From Alkanindiges illinoisensis DSM 15370 (lineage in GTDB: Bacteria > Pseudomonadota > Gammaproteobacteria > Pseudomonadales > Moraxellaceae), in the NCBI RefSeq assembly GCF_000619845.1, contig NZ_JHUX01000008.1, forward strand, positions 90,001 to 122,000: 32,000 nucleotides of DNA. The letters run 5' to 3'. A model generated the notes under the pieces. That model worked only from the letters and a program-made list of their open reading frames with translations. It did not search any database and was not told the origin of the DNA. Below, piece by piece: positions 26,067 through 32,000 of this stretch. Positions within the stretch are counted from its first letter, which is position 1; each line of letters begins with the position of its first letter. The position numbers and the translations under genes were made by a program.

Positions 26067-26185
26067 GATTATTTTCCATTTAAAAAATTGATCATGGTAA
26101 ATATCAACGACAGCGCACCTGTGCACCTTAAAAACCTTGCAGTGCTAACCGGGGTACGTCTTACCGTACGGGTTTTTTCAGGTAT

Positions 26186-26208
26186 AAAAAAACCCAGCGA
26201 ATGCTGAG
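26186..26208 (-). terminator. Rho-independent terminator upstream of rtcB (same strand)
   Basis: Minus strand: CUCAGC-AUUC-GCUGGG (6 bp including one GU) followed by U7 (26192-26186). Confidence 0.5.
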
Positions 26209-26404
26209 CTTTTGGCTTATGCATTCGGATATTTACCGTTTTTAAGTCTGGCAAACATCCGAACGGGCAGATGTTTGCTAAACAGTCAGGTTTTTCTTCA
26301 AATTAGGGTTTAGCACAACATCCTCCTTTTAATTGGTTAAAATTAGGGAATCAATGGAATCTGGTAAATCAGCATATCACTTGGGGATAGCTGGTTTATG
26401 CAGG
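26186..26404 (-). ncRNA. candidate ~215-nt structured RNA or conditional-termination leader upstream of rtcB
   Basis: Bounded by a near-consensus sigma70 promoter and the terminator above. It contains a perfect 9-bp hairpin (26278-26270/26259-26251) and an alternative 7-bp pairing. No long ORF. No transcript evidence is available to me. Confidence 0.3.
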
Positions 26405-26410
26405 GCAATT

Positions 26411-26438
26411 ATTATAAGTTGAATCCGCAAAAATGCAA
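26411..26438 (-). promoter_or_regulatory. sigma70-type promoter (minus strand)
   Basis: TTGCAT (26438-26433), a 16-nt spacer, then TATAAT (26416-26411). It is flanked by direct CAGGGCAA copies at 26401-26408 and 26451-26458 (+ strand). Confidence 0.4.
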
Positions 26439-26618
26439 TACTTTCCGGCACAGGGCAAAAACTCATGCTGTTATATCGGGAGAAACAAAGGACTATTACG
26501 CTAGGTTTAATCTGCAAGTCACGTTTAATCAACAAATTATAAAAAAACTATGCTCGCATCAGGAGTCAATTTTTAAGATTATTTTAAGGATACACTTGAT
26601 AAAAACAGGACATAGATC

Positions 26619-27047
26619 ATGAGCATGACGCATAGGTATGAAGGGCTGGCCAAGCAGGCAGCCAAGTATTCAGGCCGGCCAGTAACCTTTTTAATCGCCA
26701 CGCTGGTGGTGATTGTCTGGGCAGTGTCCGGGCCGATTTTTCATTACAGTGATACCTGGCAGCTGGTGATCAATACGGGGACGACCATCATTACCTTTCT
26801 CATGGTGTTTTTAATCCAGAATACCCAGAATACTGACACCACGGCGATTCAGCTTAAACTGGATGAACTGATTCGGGTCAAGCAGGCCGTAGACAATAGC
26901 TTGTTAAATCTGGAAGACATGGATGCCGCATCGTTAGAAAAATTCAGGGAAAAATACCTGAAGCTGGCAAAAGAAGCCTGTGAGCAAATCGAAGAAAAAG
27001 CTGATGTACAAAAAGTAGATGAGTACAAAAACAAACCCACTGCTTGA
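26619..27047 (+). CDS. low-affinity iron permease (Fet4-like) family membrane protein
   Basis: 142 aa. ...GRPVTFLIATLVVIVWAVSGPIFHYSDTWQLVINTGTTIITFLMVFLIQNTQNTDTTAIQLKLDELIR... is the characteristic core of this small family. Confidence 0.78.
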   Translation: MSMTHRYEGLAKQAAKYSGRPVTFLIATLVVIVWAVSGPIFHYSDTWQLVINTGTTIITFLMVFLIQNTQNTDTTAIQLKLDELIRVKQAVDNSLLNLEDMDAASLEKFREKYLKLAKEACEQIEEKADVQKVDEYKNKPTA

Positions 27048-27166
27048 TTGACAGGGGCTTGTTTAGTAAACACTATTCGTTGTAATAAATGAGGATAAAT
27101 TTTGCCGCTATTGTTTGGAAACTGCTTTGGAGATTGCTTTAGAGACTATGTGCCGGACAGTGCGGT

Positions 27167-28633
27167 TTAATCGCCCCGGTAAGGCCGCACATCCATTTCG
27201 GTATAGGTAACAAAACGGGTTTTATACTTCCAGCGATAGCCCAGCCAGATGGCCAAGAAAATGGGAATGCTGATATAAGCCGAAATAATACCTTGCCAGT
27301 CGATGTGCTCACCAATAAAAGCCTGATAATTTTGCCCCAGAGTAATAAACAAACATAACGCAAAGGCAAACAATGGGCCAAACGGGAAAAACTTGGCTTG
27401 ATAGGGCAATTCGCTGAGCTGATAGCCTTGGGCAATATAGCCCTTGCGAAAGCGGTAATGTGCTACTGCAATACCAAGCCACACAATAAAGCCGCACATC
27501 CCTGAGGTATTCAGCAGCCAGACATATACCTGTTTGTCCCCAATAAAGGTGCTTAAAAAACACAATGCACCAATCAGCGTGGTTGCCAGCAAGGCGTTAC
27601 GCGGTACACCGTTTTTACTCAATCTGGCAAAAATTCGCGGCGCATTGCCTTCTTTGGCCAGGTTATACAGCATGCGGGTTGACGCATACATGCCGGAATT
27701 TCCAGCCGACAAAATGGCAGTCAGGATGACTGCATTCATGACACTGGCGGCAAAGGCAAAGCCGGCGCGTTCAAACAGCAGGGTAAATGGTGATACCGTA
27801 ATGTCATTGTTACTGGCGGCTTGCAGCAGGCGCGGGTCATCGTAGGGAATCAGCGTGCCAATTACAAAAATGGCCAGAATGTAAAACATCAGGATGCGCC
27901 AGAATAGCTGCTTGATGGCGAGTGGGATGGTCTTTTTGGGGTTTTCCGATTCCCCGGCTGCCACACCAATCAGCTCGGTGCCCTGAAAGGAAAATCCGGC
28001 AATCATGGCAACCCCAACCATGGCCTGCAGGCCACCTACAAACGGCGCATCACCATGCGTCCAGTTGCTAAAGCCGGGTGACTGTACGCCATGCATCAGG
28101 CCAAAGATACTGGCCAGCCCAAGCCCAATGAAAATAATTACGGCAATAACTTTAACCAGTGAAAACCAGAATTCACTTTCGCCAAAGCCTTTGACTGAAA
28201 TGACATTAAGCAAAAACATGAGCGCCAGAAAGCCGCCGCTCCACACGATGCCATTCACCTCAGGGAACCAGAACCCCATGATAATCTGTGCAGCAACCAG
28301 CTCGGCAGCAATGGTCACTGCCCAGTTGTACCAGAAGTTCCAGCCCAGCGCGAAACCAAAGCCTTTTTCCACATAGCGCTCACCATAGGTGGAAAATGAG
28401 CCGGAAACCGGCTGGTAAGCTGCCATTTCACCCAGACTGGTCATCAGGAAAAACACCATCACGCCAATCAGGGCATAGGCCAGCAATGCACCTGCCGGGC
28501 CAGCCGCAGCAATGGTACTGCCGGATGCCAGAAACAGGCCGGTGCCAATGGAGCCGCCAATGGCAATCATGTTTAAATGGCGGGCTTTGAGTTTGCGCTG
28601 TAAGTGCGGCGCTTCAGGGTGTGGGCTGGCCAT
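27167..28633 (-). CDS. lysP: APC-family amino-acid permease, lysine-specific permease type
   Basis: 488 aa, collinear with E. coli LysP (...LKARHLNMIAIGGSIGTGLFLASG...GFGFALGWN.WYNWAVTIA...FSFQGTELIG.AAGESE.P.K.IP.A...NSGMYASTRMLY.LA..G.APRIFA.LS..GVPRNAL...). Confidence 0.85.
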   Translation of the reverse strand: MASPHPEAPHLQRKLKARHLNMIAIGGSIGTGLFLASGSTIAAAGPAGALLAYALIGVMVFFLMTSLGEMAAYQPVSGSFSTYGERYVEKGFGFALGWNFWYNWAVTIAAELVAAQIIMGFWFPEVNGIVWSGGFLALMFLLNVISVKGFGESEFWFSLVKVIAVIIFIGLGLASIFGLMHGVQSPGFSNWTHGDAPFVGGLQAMVGVAMIAGFSFQGTELIGVAAGESENPKKTIPLAIKQLFWRILMFYILAIFVIGTLIPYDDPRLLQAASNNDITVSPFTLLFERAGFAFAASVMNAVILTAILSAGNSGMYASTRMLYNLAKEGNAPRIFARLSKNGVPRNALLATTLIGALCFLSTFIGDKQVYVWLLNTSGMCGFIVWLGIAVAHYRFRKGYIAQGYQLSELPYQAKFFPFGPLFAFALCLFITLGQNYQAFIGEHIDWQGIISAYISIPIFLAIWLGYRWKYKTRFVTYTEMDVRPYRGD

Positions 28634-28703
28634 GATAAAAAAAATATCCGGTTAAATAAGACAGTATGAAACAACAGGTTTATGTAAGAAAACCAGCGCA
28701 AAA

Positions 28704-29735
28704 CTAGCTGCGTTTGGCTTGGTATACATGAAAGCCATGCCCCTGGGCAAGGACATGACAATGGCCAAAATGGGTTTTGAGCAGCGGAGGATATTTTAAA
28801 AAGCTGTTGGCAACAATCCTTAATTCACTTCCTGAATAATGGGAAGGGTTAAGGTGCAGCACGGCCTGAGTAAGCAAATCTTCACTGGCTTGATAGCTGG
28901 TATGAATGCCCTGATGAAACGGCGGATTGCTAATAATGGCGCCCAGATTGTGCGGGGCATCAGCAATGCCACGTCCGGCAATCAGGTGAACACCGTCATC
29001 CTCAGCAATCTGGTTGGCAGCCAGACTTAAGCGGGTCGCAGCCAGTGCAAAGGCATCGACATCCAGGAAATGCACGGTTTGCTGAGGATATTTTTTCTTT
29101 AAAAAACAGCCAATCACACCTGCACCGCAACCAAAATCCAGCAAGTCGCCTTTGGGCAAATTGTCCAGATGTTGCAGCAACAGGGCAGTGCCATGATCCA
29201 ACTCACCATGGCTAAATACACCGGGTAGGCTAACTACCTTTAAATGATCAAATGGTTCCAGCACAACGGTTTTGGCCCAATCAATCAGTGGCTTGTCGTT
29301 AACAGGGCCGGACAAATTGCATTGCCACAACTGGCAATGCCGGGCGCTATCGAGTTTTAAGGTTTTGCCATAAGGCTGTAACTGCTTGGCAGCACGCTCA
29401 ATGCCAGCACGCTTTTCACCCACCAGAAACAGCTCGCCCTGAGGTTTTAACCGGCTGGCAATGCGCTGTAATAAATAATTGGTGAGTTCTTTTGATTTGG
29501 GCAAAAAGATAATGGCCTGATCAAATTGCTGTTCTGGCGGTTCGGCTGAAAAATGACAGTCACTGCTAAGCTGTGTCAAGGCACTATATTCTCCAAAGTG
29601 CCAAGACCACGCACACAGGCTGCTAATCTGTGGTTTTAGCGCGTGAATGAGCTGATCGGCTGGCAGGCCTGCCAGTAATACGGAACCCTTAAAAAAATCG
29701 AGCTGCCGTAAAATTACTTCGCTGCGCGGATCCAT
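28704..29735 (-). CDS. rsmC: 16S rRNA (guanine1207-N2)-methyltransferase
   Basis: 343 aa. Duplicated methyltransferase fold with ...LPGVFSHGELDHGTALLL...LLDFGCGAGVIG...ISNPPFHQG...ELRIVANSFL.YP..L, as in E. coli RsmC. Confidence 0.85.
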   Translation of the reverse strand: MDPRSEVILRQLDFFKGSVLLAGLPADQLIHALKPQISSLCAWSWHFGEYSALTQLSSDCHFSAEPPEQQFDQAIIFLPKSKELTNYLLQRIASRLKPQGELFLVGEKRAGIERAAKQLQPYGKTLKLDSARHCQLWQCNLSGPVNDKPLIDWAKTVVLEPFDHLKVVSLPGVFSHGELDHGTALLLQHLDNLPKGDLLDFGCGAGVIGCFLKKKYPQQTVHFLDVDAFALAATRLSLAANQIAEDDGVHLIAGRGIADAPHNLGAIISNPPFHQGIHTSYQASEDLLTQAVLHLNPSHYSGSELRIVANSFLKYPPLLKTHFGHCHVLAQGHGFHVYQAKRS

Positions 29736-29940
29736 GCCATGCCCCTGTAACGTGTCTGGTTTAAAAATGAAATTTTAGCAGAACTTGCCTAATGAATTCT
29801 GCGTGCGCCACAATGAAAATCTGAACCGTCAGAATCAAGGCAGGATGAAAAAGTCTGGTCTGGTTTTGCTGGCCCGATGGGGTGGTTACAAAGTAACCAG
29901 TATGAGGTGTTTAAAAAAACCAATGCTGTAACCGGTTCTC

Positions 29941-29949
29941 TGATATAAT
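29941..29949 (+). promoter_or_regulatory. extended -10 promoter element upstream of typA
   Basis: TGATATAAT (TGnTATAAT), about 95 nt upstream of the typA ATG. Confidence 0.4.
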
Positions 29950-30005
29950 TTCGCGTCCAAATTTTTAGTTGCTTGCATTCAGATGGGTGCTAGTAAAATA
30001 AACTG

Positions 30006-30023
30006 TGTACATACGTATGTACA
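30006..30023. promoter_or_regulatory. perfect 18-bp palindrome in the typA 5' leader
   Basis: TGTACATACGTATGTACA equals its own reverse complement. It ends 19 nt before the typA ATG. Confidence 0.4.
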
Positions 30024-30042
30024 AACTACCGGATTTAATTGA

Positions 30043-31896
30043 ATGTCATCTAATGCAAGTGATTCAAGTGTAAAAGATTTACGCAATATTGCCATTATTG
30101 CGCACGTTGACCATGGCAAAACCACACTGGTCGACAAATTGTTGCAACAGTCTGGCGCGCTGGGCGACCGTGCTGGTGAAATTGAGCGTGTGATGGATTC
30201 CAATGCGCTGGAAAGTGAGCGCGGTATTACCATTCTGGCCAAGAATACGGCCATTAAGTGGTTAGATAAGCGTACCAATCAGGAATACCGCATTAATATC
30301 GTGGATACCCCAGGACACGCCGATTTTGGTGGTGAAGTAGAGCGTGTTATGTCCATGGTGGACTGCGTACTGCTGCTGGTTGATGCGCAAGATGGCCCAA
30401 TGCCACAAACCCGCTTTGTAACCCAGAAAGCCTTTGCCCGTGGCCTAAAGCCAATTGTGGTACTGAACAAGATTGACCGTCCGGGCGCACGTCCTGACTG
30501 GGTAATGGATCAGGTATTTGACCTGTTTGACAATCTGGGCGCCAGCGATGAACAGCTGGATTTCCCGGTGGTGTATGCCTCTGCACTTAATGGTATTGCC
30601 GGTAATGACCCAGCCGACATGGCCGATGACATGACCCCACTGTTCCAGACCATTGTAGACATTGTTGAGCCGCCAAAAGTTGATATTGATGGCCCGTTCC
30701 AGATGCAGATTTCCAGTCTGGATTACAACAGCTTTGTGGGCGTAATCGGGATTGGCCGTATCCAGCGCGGTGCAGTTAAAACCAACACCCCGGTGGTGGT
30801 GGTAGATAAAGAAGGCAACAAGCGTAACGGTCGTATCCTGCAAATCATGGGCTACCATGGTCTTGAGCGCGTTGAAGTGCCAGATGCGTCTGCTGGTGAC
30901 ATTGTCTGTATTACCGGTATTGATGCACTAAACATTTCTGACACCATTTGTGACCCGAAAACTGTTGAAGCATTGCCACCACTGTCTGTGGATGAGCCAA
31001 CTGTTTCCATGACTTTTCAGGTCAACAACTCGCCATTTGCTGGTAAAGAAGGCAAATTTGTGACCTCACGTAATATCCGTGAGCGCCTGGAACGTGAACT
31101 GATTCACAACGTGGCACTGCGTGTTGAAGACACTGATTCTCCAGACCGTTTCAAGGTGTCTGGCCGTGGCGAATTGCACTTGTCGGTACTGATTGAAAAC
31201 ATGCGCCGCGAAGGCTTTGAGCTGGGTGTATCGCGTCCTGAAGTGATCATGAAAGAAATTGACGGCGTGATGAACGAGCCGTTTGAAAACGTAACCTTTG
31301 ATGTGGAAGAACAGCATCAGGGCGGCGTGATGGAGCAAATGGGTAACCGCCGTGGCGAGCTGACCAATATGGAAGTAGACGGCAAAGGCCGTATCCGTAT
31401 TGAAGCCACTGTGCCATCACGTGGCCTGATTGGTTTCCGCTCCGAGTTCCTGACCATGACATCCGGTTCAGGCATCATGACTTCCAGCTTCTCGCATTAT
31501 GGCCCGGTTAAAAGCGGAACAGGGGCATCACGTCAAAATGGTGTGCTGATTTCCATGGCCAATGGCACTTGTCTGGCGTATGGCCTGTATTTCCTGCAGG
31601 ATCGTGGCCGTTTGTTTGCCGAGCCACAGCTTGAAGTGTATGAAGGCATGATCGTAGGCATTAACTCCCGTGGTGATGACATGGTGGTTAACCCAACCAA
31701 AGCCAAGCAGCTGACCAACGTGCGTGCCAGTGGTACGGATGAAGCGCTGACCTTGACGCCAGCCATTAAATTTACGCTGGAACAGGCGTTGGAATTTATT
31801 GAAGATGACGAACTGGTTGAGGTAACTCCAAAATCGATTCGTATGCGCAAGAAATTCCTGACTGAAAATGATCGTAAACGCGCTGGTCGTAAGTAA
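30043..31896 (+). CDS. typA: translational GTPase TypA/BipA
   Basis: 617 aa. ...[26 protein letters not shown]...[20 protein letters not shown]...[19 protein letters not shown]... and the full-length EF-G-like domain order are as in E. coli BipA. Confidence 0.95.
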   Translation: MSSNASDSSVKDLRNIAIIAHVDHGKTTLVDKLLQQSGALGDRAGEIERVMDSNALESERGITILAKNTAIKWLDKRTNQEYRINIVDTPGHADFGGEVERVMSMVDCVLLLVDAQDGPMPQTRFVTQKAFARGLKPIVVLNKIDRPGARPDWVMDQVFDLFDNLGASDEQLDFPVVYASALNGIAGNDPADMADDMTPLFQTIVDIVEPPKVDIDGPFQMQISSLDYNSFVGVIGIGRIQRGAVKTNTPVVVVDKEGNKRNGRILQIMGYHGLERVEVPDASAGDIVCITGIDALNISDTICDPKTVEALPPLSVDEPTVSMTFQVNNSPFAGKEGKFVTSRNIRERLERELIHNVALRVEDTDSPDRFKVSGRGELHLSVLIENMRREGFELGVSRPEVIMKEIDGVMNEPFENVTFDVEEQHQGGVMEQMGNRRGELTNMEVDGKGRIRIEATVPSRGLIGFRSEFLTMTSGSGIMTSSFSHYGPVKSGTGASRQNGVLISMANGTCLAYGLYFLQDRGRLFAEPQLEVYEGMIVGINSRGDDMVVNPTKAKQLTNVRASGTDEALTLTPAIKFTLEQALEFIEDDELVEVTPKSIRMRKKFLTENDRKRAGRK

Positions 31897-32000
31897 GCAT
31901 GTATTAAACCAGAATAAGCCCACTGCCATAAAAGCAGTGTGCCTACTGTAGTGCTAAATACGTGATTTTACGAAGTTAGCAAAAACCACTTGTCTATCTC

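Noticed and set aside
26067-26126. 20-codon N-terminal extension of rtcB in the ORF track (MHRCAVVDIYHDQFFKWKII...).
   Set aside because: E. coli RtcB alignment begins near MAIQMTIN. The extension has no RBS and gives a protein longer than the family norm, so I chose ATG 26066.
26383-26430. tRNA-like look of GGGGATAGCTGG...GTTGAATCCGC on the plus strand, possibly a tRNA fragment, an att site or the tRNA-like module of a Y-RNA next to rtcB.
   Set aside because: No cloverleaf can be drawn. The T-loop is one base short (GTTGAATCC versus GTTCGAATCC) with no complementary T-stem, and there is no acceptor-stem partner or anticodon arm. It is also on the opposite strand to rtcB and overlaps the promoter I call on the minus strand.
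26067-26440. Expected sigma54 (TGGCAC-N5-TTGC) promoter for rtcB, as in E. coli rtcBA.
   Set aside because: I read the minus strand and found no acceptable -24/-12 element. The closest strings (TTAGCACTGCAAGG, CGGCACAGGGCAA) lack the GG/GC spacing.
26398-26622. 74-aa plus-strand ORF upstream of the iron-permease gene.
   Set aside because: AT-rich, low-complexity translation (KIILRIHLIK...), no RBS, and it overlaps the permease start. It looks like a chance ORF in promoter DNA.
28634-28703. Possible lysine riboswitch upstream of lysP.
   Set aside because: Only 70 bp separate lysP from rsmC, which is too short for an L-box (about 180 nt), and no conserved L-box helices are seen.
840-31929. 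Numerous antisense or out-of-frame ORFs of 60-230 aa inside pncB, nrdB, nrdA, bfmS, prfC, tatD, the thiolase gene, ompA, rtcB, lysP and typA (for example 850..1545, 4218..4829, 6671..7213, 13015..13476, 25266..25778, 31528..31929).
   Set aside because: Each lies wholly within a well-supported gene on the other strand or frame and has the skewed Arg/Ser/Cys/His-rich composition typical of shadow ORFs.

Overview
This 32-kb window reads as chromosomal core DNA of an Acinetobacter-like gammaproteobacterium. The assignment rests on a BfmR/BfmS-type two-component pair next to nrdAB, OmpA of the Acinetobacter Omp38 type, and characteristic GTTCGACAGGCTCA / TGAGCTTGTCGAA intergenic palindromes. Confidently recognised genes are the metY 3' end, pncB, a dodecin, a NERD-domain protein, nrdB, nrdA, bfmR, bfmS, prfC, a DUF3298 lipoprotein, a tatD-family hydrolase, tcdA, a thiolase, a FimT/GspH-like minor pilin, two tandem ompA paralogues, rtcB, a Fet4-like iron permease, lysP, rsmC and typA. 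I found no tRNA, rRNA, CRISPR array, IS element, integrase or transposase. The most unusual locus is rtcB. It stands alone, without rtcA, rtcR or a sigma54 promoter. Directly upstream on the same strand is an unannotated promoter-to-terminator unit of about 215 nt, which holds a strong Shine-Dalgarno, a 12-codon mini-ORF and mutually exclusive hairpins. Directly downstream is an unannotated 55-codon, very basic ORF with a consensus Shine-Dalgarno. Other points worth a second look are a head-to-tail array of five DnaA-box-like 9-mers plus an NrdR-box candidate upstream of nrdA, and a 10-bp inverted repeat bracketing the nrdA ribosome-binding site. There is also a 53-codon membrane ORF overlapping the nrdA stop (TAATG), the tandem ompA duplication with different codon bias, and several AT-richer accessory-looking genes (NERD, two envelope proteins, an orphan minor pilin, a 152-aa Cys-His-Asp protein). 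All functional calls come from reading the translated ORFs and remembered family motifs. No database search or computation was run.
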